Assembly: GCF_001194135.2 (NCBI RefSeq)
Contig: NC_068982.1
Span: 60,816,047-60,874,554 of the forward strand
Origin: Octopus bimaculoides
Taxonomy: Eukaryota
Length of the DNA stretch: 58,508 nucleotides
Direction: 5' to 3'
Numbering within the stretch: position 1 is the first letter of the stretch; each line of letters begins with the position of its first letter. Of the stretch, positions 35,544 through 49,469 are shown one piece after another. The position numbers were made by a program, and so were the translations under genes. The notes below the pieces were generated by a model, which did not search any database, was not told where the DNA came from, and worked only from the letters and a program-made list of their open reading frames with translations.

Positions 35544-36239
35544 TGTATACACATACATAGGTATAAACATACATGGATCCACACGCACATACACACATAA
35601 GAATACATACGAATTTACACAACTCACATACACACACAAACAGGAGTACATAGATGGTTGCAAAGCCACACAAACAAATCCCCCCCCCACACACACACAC
35701 ACACATCCACACAAACATTGCATTATTGATATATTAGGTAATTCATCACAACCGTTTTGCTTTCTATTTTCACCATTTTCTTTCCTGTAAGTTGACAAAC
35801 AAAAGACAAATATTTCAACAAAATATTTATTTTCCTATATAAATTATGAGAACATATCTTTTTTTAATTTTCCTTCAATTCACATTACTTTTTCATGTTT
35901 TCTCTTTTTTTTCCCTTAAACAATTCCTTTTCTCTCTTTCTGTCTACCTCTCACTTTCCTCTCTTTCTTTCTTTCGCCCTTTCTCTATTTCTTTCTCTCT
36001 TTCTCTCTCTCTTCTCCCATTTATTTGAATTTAAAGTAATTACTCATTGGTTTGCAATATCTGAAGAGGCTATACAGAAAACAAATATTGCATTGGAAGT
36101 AATTCGGTGATGAATATGCGGAATGAAATCTAAATGAAAGCATTATAAATCAGGATATAATCTTTCATGATTTTTTGACAAACATTGTTTGTTCTGCAAA
36201 ACTGCAAGCAAAATTCTCTACCAAAACTATCATTACAAA

Positions 36240-36352
36240 AATAATAATAATAATAATGATGATGATGATAATGATGATGATGATGATGATGATGAGGATG
36301 AGGATGATGATGATGATGATGAGGATGATGATAATGATGATGATGACGATGT

Positions 36353-36394
<42 letters not shown>

Positions 36395-36650
36395 NNNNNN
36401 NNNNNNNNNNNNNNNNNNNNNNNNNNNNNNNNNNNNNNNNNNNNNNNNNNNNNNNNNNNNNNNNNNNNNNNNNNNNNNNNNNNNNNNNNNNNNNNNNNNN
36501 NNNNNNNNNNNNNNNNNNNNNNNNNNNNNNNNNNNNNNNNNNNNNNNNNNNNNNNNNNNNNNNNNNNNNNNNNNNNNNNNNNNNNNNNNNGATGATGATG
36601 ATGATGATGATGACGATGATGACAACGACGACGACGACAACGACGACGAT
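36240..36650. repeat. (GAT)n/(GAC)n microsatellite spanning an N gap
   Basis: Direct inspection. Confidence 0.95.
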
Positions 36651-37192
36651 GATGATTAAAAATAAAAGCAGCAACTAAATTTATTAATAACCAAAATGGT
36701 AGGGTGAGATTCATGCCCTGCCAAACTACTGTTGCTTGTAAATTGATGTCAATGTTTATGTTTATTTCCCCCCCCCCACTTTTTTTTTTCAGCCACCCCC
36801 TTATAACTCAGACTTATTGCAACTTACTTTAATAGATACAGCAATAGCTGTAATGATATCAATTAGAAAAAAAAATTGAAAAGAAACAGAAAAGGAGAAC
36901 AGAAAATTGTTAAAGCAAAATAAAAATCAACGATTAAGAAAAAGTTTTATGCAGTGCAAAAAGATAAGTTAAGTGTAACAGAAGGTTAAACAAAAGAATG
37001 TTATGTAGATGTAGATGTAATAATCCATTTCAGGACAAATGAAGAAAAATAAAATTAATGAACAAACATAGATATTAGTGATTTTATTTTTAAAATACTG
37101 AAAGCATTTTGTTGCAGTTTTAAATGAGCAACCATTTTTTTTTCCCTGAACATAAACCATATTTGTAACACAAACATATATATATATTGTAG

Positions 37193-37231
<39 letters not shown>

Positions 37232-37276
37232 GCAAAAAAAAGTGACCATCCAAGTATATATAGTAATTTATACACT

Positions 37277-37307
<31 letters not shown>

Positions 37308-38246
37308 GTGTGTATGTATGTATGTATGTATTGATCATGGAAATGAATTTTTCCACACCATCTACAGTTCAGCTATGTCTTATCCCTTCCTGAATGAAAT
37401 CATGCATGCAAATCAAACCATGTAATCATTTACATAATAATCAATTCTTATCCCTCCTTCCTTCTCTTCTCCTCTCATTCCTCATCTTCCTTTACTCTCA
37501 CCACATGTTCTTACTCTTACCTAACCTCTTCCAGCTTTTTTTCAATCTCCAACTTTATTCTTCCTCTCACTATATTAACTTTAGTCTCCTTACACCTCTC
37601 TTATGACCATTTCTTTCTCTCTTCCCCCCTCTCTCTATCTCTATCTCTCTTGTTTCAATTGTTCATATTTCTTTCCTACATACTTTTATTCTGCTTTATT
37701 ACTTGTTCCTTTCCAAACTTTTGTTCTTTCATTTTTTTTTTCTCCCTCTTATTTTACATTGAACTTTTTTCTACTTTTTACTAAACATCCATAATCATTC
37801 TCTTTTAGTATTGTCTTCCTCTGTATTTCCTGTTTACTTCTACACTAATTTTACACATTGAACTGTCAAGAACTCTTCCATGTATTGCATTGCATGATGC
37901 ATTCAACACAACCACTGAATCTGGCTCAAAAAACCTAATGTCTTTAAAACTAGAATTGAATGCATCAAGCCTGCATCTCAAGACAGCAAGCCCACAATAA
38001 AAATGATAACTGAACAATATGATTATCTTTGTTATGCATGTTTTCTTTGCAATAAATTGTCTTAGCTGATGTCTGACTTAAATGCTTGAATTGAATAAAG
38101 TGACATCAAAATATGATTAAAGTCTGGAGAAAGTTCTTACTAACAAATAAGAGATAGCAATACCTAAACTCACAGCAAAAATCACACAGTCAAAAAGAGC
38201 AAGTATTACATGAATGATTCACAGTGCCAAAACCATATTCTACACG

Positions 38247-38329
<83 letters not shown>

Positions 38330-38379
38330 ACATACACACACATAAATATATATGTGGATAGCTATTCTTTATCATTTAT

Positions 38380-38621
38380 CTTTCAATCATTGGACTGCAG
38401 CCTTACAGGAGCGCTGCATTGAAAGCAAACTGATACCAGTATTTCTTTTTAAGTCTGGTACTTATTCTATTGGTCTCTTTTGTCAAGCAGCTAAGTTACA
38501 GGAATGCAAACGAATCAGCACAACTCAATAAGTGGTGAAGGGAACAAACACAAACACAAACACAGATGCACTCACACATACACGCATACATGCACACACA
38601 CACATACACACGCATACACAC

Positions 38622-38640
<19 letters not shown>
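38380..38640 (-). mobile_element. SINE family B, 3' half
   Basis: atcattggactgcagcc..ggtacttattctattggtctcttttgtcaagcagctaagttac. Confidence 0.7.
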
Positions 38641-38659
<19 letters not shown>

Positions 38660-38863
38660 GAAAATAAGCTTCCACACATTTTCCAACTACCAAATTTACT
38701 CACAGAGCATTGGTCAGCTTGGAGGAGTCATAGTAGAAGACACCTGCTCAGAATTACTAAGTATTTATTTAGACTAAACCACTTTTTGAAGGAAAGAGTT
38801 GTAATCAAGTTTGTTAACACCTATCTTATGGAAACTGAACACTGTAATAATTAGATGTTATTA

Positions 38864-39047
38864 ATATTGATTTCAAATTTTCGTACAAGGCCAGCAATTT
38901 CAGAAGTCAATTACATCAACTCCAGTGTTTAACTGGTACTTACTTTATCAACCTCCACAAAGGATAAAAGGTATTTAAACTCAGAACATCAAGTTGAAGA
39001 GATCTCACTAAGTATTTTGGTATTGATTCTGTCAGCTCACTGCCTTA
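38864..39047 (-). mobile_element. SINE family A, diverged
   Basis: ttgatttcaaattttcgtacaaggccagcaatttc..aactggtacttactttatc..ttaaactcagaac. Confidence 0.7.
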
Positions 39048-39339
39048 GGTGTTATTAATATTAATAAACTATATACTATATATAGCCTCAAGGTCTAAAT
39101 TTCAATACCATCAAAGATGACTTTGTCTTTCACTTCAACTAGGATGAAAGCTATGTCAATAAATTCTTGAAAATATTCTTTGTATTTATTCAAAAGAGTA
39201 CATTGGAATAAATGTACTACACATTTACTATCCAAACTATCTAAACTATTCTGTGTTATCAGTGACGGCAAATATACATTTCTGCATATTTACACCTCTG
39301 TTTTGCTACACAACTTTTAGATTGCATTAAGGCTACTCT

Positions 39340-39380
39340 CCTCCTGATGATGCTTAAAAGAAGCAGAAACATTGCTAAAG
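39340..39380 (+). ncRNA. Possible degenerate hammerhead
   Basis: CTGATGA TGCTT aaaag AAGCA GAAA CATTG; core and stem II intact, stems I and III broken. Confidence 0.35.
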
Positions 39381-40499
39381 TTGTCTCCCATATTTGTTAG
39401 AAAACTGCAAATGTAATATCTGTCATTGTCTGGTTTATTATTATTTTCTTTAATCACTATATATTTAATTCTAGTTAAGCTTTTTACTGCTCCGTTTATT
39501 AAACATAGTAACACCTATTTATTACACTTCTTGTGGTTTCCATAAAACAGATACCATAATCCTAATAAAGTCTGATCCTACAAAAAGTGGTTAACTCTAA
39601 ATAAATAATTAATATTGACATATAAGTGAAATAGAAATTCATTATTTTCTTTCATGACAATTGCCCCTTCTTTAGAGAAGATGACTGTCTTTTCGATTAG
39701 TTTACTGATAACACAACAGCTATGTCATATATCAACAGAAAGTTACAAATAATATCTAAAAAGAATTTTCAGTCCACTTCATGGTCCCAGTGGGCAAAAT
39801 GAAAAAGGCATTGCTCTGGAGGATGGTGAGCGAGATGTAATGGCTAAAACAGGAGCAGTTTTACTGATCATAAATCTATGCCACACTCCATTGAGTTTAC
39901 TCTGTTTTTCATCCTTCTAGGTTGATAAAATAATACAAACAATATCCTGGAAATTCAATCAATTATACTCATCACTTATGAAAATTAGCTTTGAGGCAAC
40001 ACAAAAAAATATCTATATTGTTGACAAAAAAAGTGTAATGTTTTTTTTATTGGATCTGCTTTCCAATAAATACGGTTCTCTCTTGATGATCCACAATTAA
40101 TAAAGCATTTTGCAATATATCTGAAGATGGTGTGTTTCCCTGAAAAGATCTATAAAAATAGACTCTAATTATAAGAATGGGCTAATAAAGATGCTATTAT
40201 TTTAAACATGTTTTTCTTTTTTTGTATTCTAAATAGTATATAAGAAGTGTTTACTTAACAATAAATACTTTTGCAACAGCGTATAAATCTTATCATTACT
40301 TATTGACCAACATTTTTACATATTTTATAAAAGTTGTGCTTTATTATCTCTGACATCCTCATCTAATAAATGCATGTATATGAGCCAAGGAAGCCACTAT
40401 GTGGTCGTTTGACCTGCTAGAAATAGTAGACAAATTTTGCACAAATTACATTTTACTGACATATATAAGGACAGAATATATTAGAAAATCTAGTCTTAC

Positions 40500-40567
40500 A
40501 TACAACAACCCCACTGATTAACAATAACAATAGCAACAACAACAACAATAACAATAATAATAACAGC

Positions 40568-40620
<53 letters not shown>
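40500..40620. repeat. (AAC)n/(AAT)n microsatellite
   Basis: Direct inspection. Confidence 0.95.
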
Positions 40621-40622
<2 letters not shown>

Positions 40623-40689
40623 GCAGCAAAAAGTCACATTCTACAGTCAAGGAAGCTTGCAAATTTGCATGGGAACTTTGCATTAACCC

Positions 40690-40824
40690 TGAATTAGATG
40701 AAGAACCTGGAACTACTGCCACAAAACAGGCAAAACAGATCAAACAGGCTGCAAAAAAGAATGGGCAGAAACAAATTGAAGAGCAGTGGAGCCAGAAGCC
40801 TCAGGATGGACAATATATACTTTG
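40690..40824 (+). mobile_element. Possible R4/Dong-like LINE internal fragment
   Basis: KQAKQIKQAAKK..QIEEQWSQKPQDGQY resembles the W..KPLHG.Y motif. Confidence 0.4.
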
Positions 40825-41500
40825 AAATCAAAATGATGCTGTCAGTAAGTTGAGGGTTGGCAATGAGTATAGGGAAAAATTCTGAGTAGGGGTAGGCATC
40901 CACCAAAGATTAGTCCTCAGCTCCCTTCTTATTCATCATAGTCCTCCGGACAATTACAGAGGTATTCAAGACAGGAATGTAACACAGAGTGTAAGCACCC
41001 TGAGAGAAAAGTTGGACTTAAGAAGCATCAAATGTGGTGTGCAAGAAAGACAACTGTGCTGGTATGGTCATGTGTGTCATATGGATGAGAACAACTGTGT
41101 AAAAAAGTGTCATACCCTAGCAGTATAGGGAACCTGTGGAAGAGGTAGACCCAGGAAGACCTGGGATAAGTTGGTGAAGCATGACCTTCAAACTTTGGGC
41201 TTCACAGAAGTGATGACAAGGGACCAAGACCTTTGGAGATATGCTGTGCTTGAGAAGACTCAGCAAGCCAAGTGAGACCATAACCATTGCCTATGCCAGT
41301 GCTGCCTGATTGGTTCTGTGCTAGTGGTATGTAAAAAGCACCCACTACATTCTCGGAGCGGTTGGTGTTAGGCATTCAGCTGTAGAAACTTTGCCAGATC
41401 AGATTGAAGCCTGGTGCAGCCTCCTGGCTTGCCAATCCTCAGTCAAACCGTCCAACCCATGCTAGCATGGACAGTGGACGTTAACTGACAATGATGATAA
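40825..41500 (+). mobile_element. Internally deleted RTE LINE
   Basis: AVSKLRVGNEY..GIHQ..VLS.LLFII..ITEVFKTG joined near 40976 to the ORF end (LREKLDLRSI..WYGHV..GRPRKTWD), then 3' UTR and GAT tail. Confidence 0.8.
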
Positions 41501-41511
41501 TGATATATATA

Positions 41512-41555
<44 letters not shown>

Positions 41556-42186
41556 TATATAAATAGGTATATACACATACATATATACATACATATATCC
41601 TGTATACATACATACATACAAACATACATAAATACATACATACATACATACATACATACATACATACATACATACATACATACAAACATGCATACATACA
41701 TACACACATGTACACACATGTTCATAAATATTAGACACAGTTCTGGTAAAACTTTATGATGTTCAGGGATCAACTAGGATTTATAAGTCCATTTTCACAT
41801 CCCCTAACTTTCATTAACTCTACTTTAACCATTCTCCCATACTGTCACAAACTATGGGCCGATGTCATGTTTAGTGTCTTTTATTGCTACTTTTGTGTTT
41901 CTGTGATCCATGAGCAGTGGTACAAATTTATAGTCAGAGGTGTGTCTGACATCATCAGTCTGAGTTTTGACTGCATTTCCAGTCTTAAAAGTACTGTAGA
42001 TAATGCCATAGTTTTTGTCTTTTTCAAATGAAATAATTTCTTTTATGTCCTGAAGGACATGTTCTACATGAGAAGAAATTTAATTTCCTTTGGTAATGCT
42101 TGAAAAAGCAATACATTTTGAAGGTGAACTCAAAAAAAAAGGTGCCTTTACTTTATAAGAGTAATAATAATAATAATAATAATAAC

Positions 42187-42381
42187 ACATAACAAAAACA
42201 CCAGGACTTACAAATATATATAACATACAGAAAATTGCACTACTGGGTACTGCACACATTCTACACAAAACACTTTCAATACAGTAAACATAAGAGCACC
42301 ACAGCAAACCACAGCACATACCCAAGGCGCACAGAGCTGCGCTCGGTAGTGAAGTGAAAGCACGTTATAAAAATAAAACTA

Positions 42382-42443
<62 letters not shown>

Positions 42444-42780
42444 TAATAATAATAATATTCAGACAAATACATAACAAAAACACCAGGACTTACAAATATA
42501 TATAACATACAGAAAATTGCACTACTGGGCACTGCACACATCCTACGCAAAACACTTTCAATACAGTTACCANNNNNNNNNNACATAACAAAAACACCAG
42601 GACTTACAAATATATATAACATACAGAAAATTGCACTACTGGGCACTGCACACATCCTACGCAAAACACTTTCAATACAGTTACCATAATAGCATCATAG
42701 CAACCCACAGCACATACCCAAGGCACACAGAGCTGCGCTCGGTAGTGAAGTGAAAGCATGCTATAAAAATAAAACTACTG
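42187..42780 (+). mobile_element. Tandem R4/Dong-like LINE 3' ends embedded in (AAT)n
   Basis: ITKTPGLTNIYNIQKIALLGTAHIL.KTLSIQ repeated; 3' UTR followed by (AAT)n; copies at 42187-42384, 42466-42571 and 42583-42780. Confidence 0.75.
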
Positions 42781-43862
42781 AACAATAATAATAATAATAG
42801 TAATAATAATAATGATAATAATGGCGGTGCTCCAGCATGGCCACAGTAATTGGACTGAAACATATAAAAGAATAAAAGAATAATAATAATGACAACAATG
42901 ACAACAACAATAGCAACAACAATGATATTAACAGGTGTTTCTAATTTAGACAGGGGGCCAATAATTTTGATGTGAGTTGGAGTTAATTGATTATATCAAT
43001 TCCATTATTTGATAGGCACTTTACAAGGCTGGAAAGGTGAATGACAGATAATAATATCCATCCTTAAAACCCCATAGTTTGTTTAATTTTTTAAAAATTA
43101 TATGTAATGTTTCAAAGCATCTTAATTGAAGTTATTAAGTCAATTCTATAGAAAGACAACATCAAATTTATTTTTTGAATTCTAAATGTCCACTAAATTA
43201 TGACATTTAAACTGGTTATATATTTTCATGAAGCTAAGTTAGTTCCATGCTAAACTAAAAGGAAAGGACACATGAAAGCATGCTAAGCTTTATGGCAACA
43301 GATGTATATTCCTGACTACTAAGTTTCTATGAGATCATTTGTATAACCAGATTTCTGGTGGATTCTGTCAGTTTCTAGATATTCATTCTTAAGCCGGAAT
43401 CCATACTGACATGACAAATCTGACTCAACAAAGCTTTGTGTTAGTTTTGTTACACATCTTTGGTGCTCAAGAAATTTATCTCACAGACAAAGATAAAGAG
43501 GCTGTGATAGGATTAATATTTGACAAAGAACTTGAGATAAAGATTTAAGATTAGAATTAGCTATCTACCCCAATCCTTAGATATTGAAAAATCTTGTGGA
43601 ATGTGTCTTATTTGTGTTATGTTCACTCATATTATTCTTTTCAATGAAAATATGTTTTATTTTGTCGGCCATTTACATACAGTTTAAGATAAAAATATTC
43701 ATAGCAAATAATTTTTTCTGTTTGTCTGAGTGAAAATAGTAATAATAAAACTAATTATAATAGTAATTTAAATTTATCAAGTTTGTTGGCTTTTAAAATA
43801 GGATTTTATGTCTTTTCTTTTCAGATTTTGTAGGAATTGACTCTTAGATTCTATCTGAAATA

Positions 43863-44057
43863 CTGCTTTCAAATTTTGGTACAGGACCAGAAATTTCTGG
43901 GAAGGGGTAAGTCGATTACATTGACCCCAGTACTCAACTGATATACATTTTATCAACCTCAAAAGGATAAAAAGCAAAGTGGACGTTGTCAGAATTAGAA
44001 CTCAGAACATAAAGACAGACAAAATGCCTCTAAGCATGCTAACAATTCTGCCAGCTT
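43863..44057 (-). mobile_element. SINE family A with 16-bp TSD
   Basis: GATTCTATCTGAAATA at 43847-43862 and 44058-44073. Confidence 0.85.
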
Positions 44058-44394
44058 GATTCTATCTGAAATAGTAAAATTATTAATAAATATTAGTTTT
44101 TCATTTACAAAAATACAAATTTCTTTTTAATGCCACAATGTTCGTAAAGTTTATGCTTGTAGTTAATTGGGTTCACTCCAGTTAATTCCTGTTGTGTTAC
44201 CATTCCCAGGGAAATGAATGTCAATTTTAATATTTTATCTAGTAGAATTTGGAAGTGAAATGCTTCACAACCATGTAGTTTCAGGTTCAATTGTACTGAG
44301 TAGCATTTTGGACCAAGAACTTGTGAGTGAAATTCGGAAGACAGGAATAGTGTGTAAGTTTGTTGTACATGCATGCACACCCATATACACACAC

Positions 44395-44440
<46 letters not shown>

Positions 44441-44624
44441 NNNNNNNNNNNNNNNNNNNNNNNNNNNNNNNNNNNNNNNNNNNNNNNNNNNNNNNNNNNN
44501 NNNNNNNNNNNNNNNNNNNNNNNNNNNNNNNNNNNNNNNNNNNNNNNNNNNNNNNNNNNNNNNNNNNNNNNNNNNNNNNNNNNNNNNNNNNNNNNNNNNN
44601 NNNNNNNNNNNNNNNNNNNNNNNN

Positions 44625-44664
<40 letters not shown>

Positions 44665-44822
44665 CATACACACACTCACACACACACACACATACAGGGT
44701 GTAACGACTATTTGAGGACATTTAATGAACATATTATTTTCTTCAAACCTATTAAAAGGTTTTCATTTCTTTTAAATTCTCCCATGACAAAATGTTAACA
44801 CAAGAAATGAAAAATTATGTAT

Positions 44823-44966
44823 TCATTTGGTACTTATTTTATCGACCCTAGAAGGATGAAAAGTAAGATTGACCTTGGCAGAATTTGGACTCAGAATGTA
44901 AAGATGGAAGAAATGCTGCTAAGCATTTTGCTTGGTGTGTTAAGAATCCTATCAGTTCACCACCTT
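44823..44966 (-). mobile_element. SINE family A, 5' portion
   Basis: ggtacttattttatcgaccctagaaggatgaaaag..gaatttggactcagaa. Confidence 0.8.
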
Positions 44967-45055
44967 ACGATAATGAAATATTGCATAGCATTTAATGCAA
45001 TACACTTCAACTTCTGTTACTCTGATTTTATACTTCTTAATGATTGTTTCCTTAC

Positions 45056-45265
45056 AAGGTGTCGAGCTGGCAGAATCATTAGCACACCGGATAAAATGTT
45101 TAGCAGCATTTTATATTCTGAATTCAAATTCTGCCAAAGTAGACTTTGCCTTTCATCCTTTTGGTGGGGTCAATAAAATAAGTACTAGTTGAGCATTGGG
45201 AGTCAGTGTAATTGACTTACTCCCTTCCCCGAAATTGCTGGCCTTGTGTCAAAATTTGAAATCAA
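45056..45265 (+). mobile_element. SINE family A, inverted relative to 44823-44966
   Basis: aaggtgtcgagctggcagaatcattagcac..gcctttcatcctttt. Confidence 0.85.
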
Positions 45266-45809
45266 TTATTGTTCCTTACATAGACACAGGATCAGAAATT
45301 ATGAGGGAGAAGTTAGTTGACTGCATCAAAGAAGAAGAATGTAACTAAATATGCAGTCCATTCAGTCCAATAATGCCTCTCTACCCTCTTTGCGACTCTT
45401 CCACTCACTGGCAAGGATTTCTGACATAGACATAGAGCCACACATTTGGGAAGGGTTATGTTATAGATTCTAGTGTACCAGATACTTCTTTCTGATAAAT
45501 TTGATGCAGAAATAACTATTTGACTAGTAGTTTATTTTATTGACTCCCAGTGAAGTTGAAAGCCAAAGTTGGCATCAACAAGGTTTGAGCACTGAACATA
45601 AAATGCCAGAATAAACACCGTACAACATTTTGTCCACTGCTCTAAAGATTCTGCTGAACTATCACTACTACATTTTATTCCTTAATAATGGTTAGTGATT
45701 TTTAACATCAACACAAAAGCACATATTTGAGTAAGTTACACAGTCAGCTATATCAATCTCAGAAACTGACTGGCACTTAGTTTATCAACTCTAGGTAAAG
45801 TTAACCTGG

Positions 45810-45910
45810 GTAGGACTTGACCTTAGCAGGACTTGACCTTAGCAGGACTTGACCTTGGCAGGACTTGGCCTTGGCAGGACTTGACCAGGGCAAGGCTTGA
45901 CCTAGGCAAG
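45810..45910. repeat. 16-bp minisatellite (GCAGGACTTGACCTTR) x6 inside a SINE
   Basis: Units start at 45810, 45826, 45842, 45858, 45874 and 45890. Confidence 0.9.
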
Positions 45911-46288
45911 ATATATTTGTGTAAGTATAGAGTCAGTCATATCAACCTCAGAAATTGATTGGTACTTTTTTTATCAGCCCCAAGTAAAGTTGACCAGGCT
46001 GGGACTTGAACTCAGACTGTAAAAGAATATTTTGTCTGCTGCTCTAATGATTGTCACTCATGTTTTAAAGAGATAAATGTTTAATTAGAGAAAGAAGGAC
46101 TTAGTTAATTGAATAGAAATTAGTCAGCATAATGCTAATGTTTGTTACATTGACCCTGGAAGCATGAAAAGACAAAACTGGCATCAGCAGGAATTGAACT
46201 CAGAACATCAAGGGACAGTAGTAATTATTATAATGTATTTGATCCAGTAATCTATCCTTTCTGACAGCTCACCCTCTCATTATTAGTC

Positions 46289-46394
46289 ATGATGATGATA
46301 TTGATGATGATGATGGTGGTGGTGGTGGTGGTGGTGACAACGATAACGACGACAACGATGATGATGATGATGATGGTGATGGTGATGATGATGG

Positions 46395-46468
<74 letters not shown>

Positions 46469-46520
46469 GTGATGGTGATGGTGATGATGATGATGATGAT
46501 GATGATTATGATGATGATGA
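46289..46520. repeat. (GAT)n/(GGT)n microsatellite
   Basis: Direct inspection. Confidence 0.95.
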
Positions 46521-46966
46521 AGAGGGTTAGTGGGAGGAGCAGGCTATGAAGATGACAAAAACAACGATGGTGATGATAGTGGGGGAGGGAGGGGGGTCAT
46601 GAAGATTAAAAGAGAAGAAAAAAATCGTAAATAAATAGATAAATAAATAAAGACTATCACAAAACTATTTGGAAGGAAATGATTTATATTACCATTTACA
46701 ATAGATTCTTAATTGAGTTCCTAACAGAATGGTGTATATTTACGCAGAAAATTGATGTTGTTTTAAATTTTCCTAATATACTCCTATTTTGAATCAGTGA
46801 CTTTTGTTAATTAATTCTCCCTACCTCCGGTGACTTTTCCCACCCTTTTATTGTCTCAACACCATCAATTTCATTATCATTGCCTCTTTTTTCTGTTTTT
46901 TTTAAATTTTTATTATGTTAATATAAGTATTCTTGTTTACTTATTTTTGTCTCTTTTCATCCCATC

Positions 46967-47086
<120 letters not shown>

Positions 47087-47423
47087 CTTTCATTTCTCTC
47101 CCTCTCTTTCTGATATCCCATTTCTTCTCTTTTTCTCTTGTACTTTGTTGTTGTGTTTATTTTTCTACAGGATGAAGAGGAAATCTTCAATAGACATTTT
47201 TCAAATGATTTATGATTTTACATTCTTGAAAAAGTAAAACTAACAAGTAAAAATAAAACCAAACAAAACAAAAAATGAAAGCGGAGAAACAGAATAAGAT
47301 AAGCTGTTTGCTTATCATCGTCAGCAACAAATGCGAATTAAAAGAAAAGAAAAGAAAAGAAGAAGGAATAAAGAAAAGGACAAAAGCAAAGTACACTGAA
47401 CTGGAGGCAATAATTTTGTCTAG

Positions 47424-47471
<48 letters not shown>

Positions 47472-48864
47472 ATGTATGTATGTATGTATGTATGTGTGTG
47501 TGTATATATATCATATATGTATATATATATATATATATATATACATATATCATATATGTATATATATATATACACACACATGCACATATATATATATATA
47601 TAAACATATATATACATATATATATANNNNNNNNNNNNNNNNNNNNNNNNNNNNNNNNNNNNNNNNNNNNNNNNNNNNNNNNNNNNNNNNNNNNNNNNNN
47701 NNNNNNNNNNNNNNNNNNNNNNNNNNNNNNNNNNNNNNNNNNNNNNNNNNNNNNNNNNNNNNNNNNNNNNNNNNNNNNNNNNNNNNNNNNNNNNNNNNNN
47801 NNNNNNNNNNNNNNNNNNNNNNNNNNNNNNNNNNNNNNNNNNNATATATCATATATGTATATATATATATGTATATGTATATACACATATAATGCATATT
47901 TATGTTTATATAATATCTATGTGTGTGTATGTATATCAAGCATACATATATATACATATATATACAAGTATACATACATACATATGTATATATGCATGTA
48001 TGTATATACATGCCTGCATATAAATGTATGTATTTGTATCAGTTTTGTTTACAATTTTACTGTTTTCTTAAAGAAGTCTGTTAGATGTCTACGACCCTAT
48101 ATGTGTGTAAAGCCACCATACCACCAATATCAGAATCACTAACAATATGTTAGAAAAATTGGTCAGCTAAAACAAGCTCCGGAAGAGAGATTTTTGGCAA
48201 AATTTATGACATATGTAGAATTGTTTTCAATCTATATTTTATATGGGAAAGTTCTAATAGAGTTCTACTTGTTTTTTTATTCTTTTTCATTTTATTTTTT
48301 TTTTAGGAATAATAGAAGAAAAAAAAAATAGAAGAAGAGAGAAAGAGGAGAAATGATATGAAAGAAATTGACTGGAGGCAATCATTCCTTACCATTCCAG
48401 TGGAAATGCCAATTCTCAGGAAAACATTTGTCCAGTTTATGAACTTGGTGATTTCTTTACCTTTCTTTTCTCCCCCAGCCCTTGAAGGTCGCATCCAGGC
48501 CGCATAATCATTATCATTATAATTATTATCATTTTTTTTTATCTACTTTTTTTCATTCTGTCATGGATTAGACAAGACTTCTTAAAAGGCAACATTCTAT
48601 AGCCAGATGCCCTTCCTGACATTTGTCGTTTCTTGTTTTCAAGTATGGTGCTTCTTTGCACACCTTTGCATGGTGAATTGCTGTCAGGCATTTTGTTTGT
48701 GACTTTACCATTGTCCAAACAGTATCAATGTAAAGACATATAGAAGCAAATAACACACACACACACACACACATACATATAATTGGATAGATAAACATAC
48801 ATATATAAAATATATATATATATACACACATATAATGCCACAGACATACGTAATTGGATAGATA

Positions 48865-48904
<40 letters not shown>

Positions 48905-48908
<4 letters not shown>

Positions 48909-49020
48909 TCATCATCATCATCGTTTAACGTCCGCTTTCCATGTTAGCATGGGTTGGACGATTTGACTGAGGACTGGTGAAACCGGATGGCAACACCAGG
49001 CTCCAATCTAAATTTGGCAT
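48905..49020 (-). mobile_element. Young RTE LINE 3' tail fragment beside an (AT)n tract, cut by a gap
   Basis: Near-identical to 33173-33333. Confidence 0.85.
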
Positions 49021-49285
49021 ATATNNNNNNNNNNNNNNNNNNNNNNNNNNNNNNNNNNNNNNNNNNNNNNNNNNNNNNNNNNNNNNNNNNNNNNNNNNNN
49101 NNNNNNNNNNNNNNNNNNNNNNNNNNNNNNNNNNNNNNNNNNNNNNNNNNNNNNNNNNNNNNNNNNNNNNNNNNNNNNNNNNNNNNNNNNNNNNNNNNNN
49201 NNNNNNNNNNNNNNNNNNNNNNNNNNNNNNNNNNNNNNNNNNNNNNNNNNNNNNNNNNNNNNNNNNNNNNNNNNNNNNNNNNNNN

Positions 49286-49325
<40 letters not shown>

Positions 49326-49469
49326 CATGTATGTATGTATGTATGTATGTATGTATGTGCATACTTGAAATAGCTTCTCTTAAATGTTCAAATAGCTCAT
49401 TTGAAAGTGTCAATAGCTTTCATTGCTTCAGAGACATAATCAGCAGGAAAGAGGTTTGATTATATTGAA

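Noticed and set aside
43320-43485. 53-codon minus-strand open frame (..SDLSCQYGFRLKNEYLE..) as an exon
   Set aside because: QYGFR context resembles a decayed LINE RT motif; the upstream acceptor is a GAG and the donor is weak
45810-45910. CRISPR-like array
   Set aside because: Contiguous 16-bp units with no unique spacers, in eukaryotic SINE context
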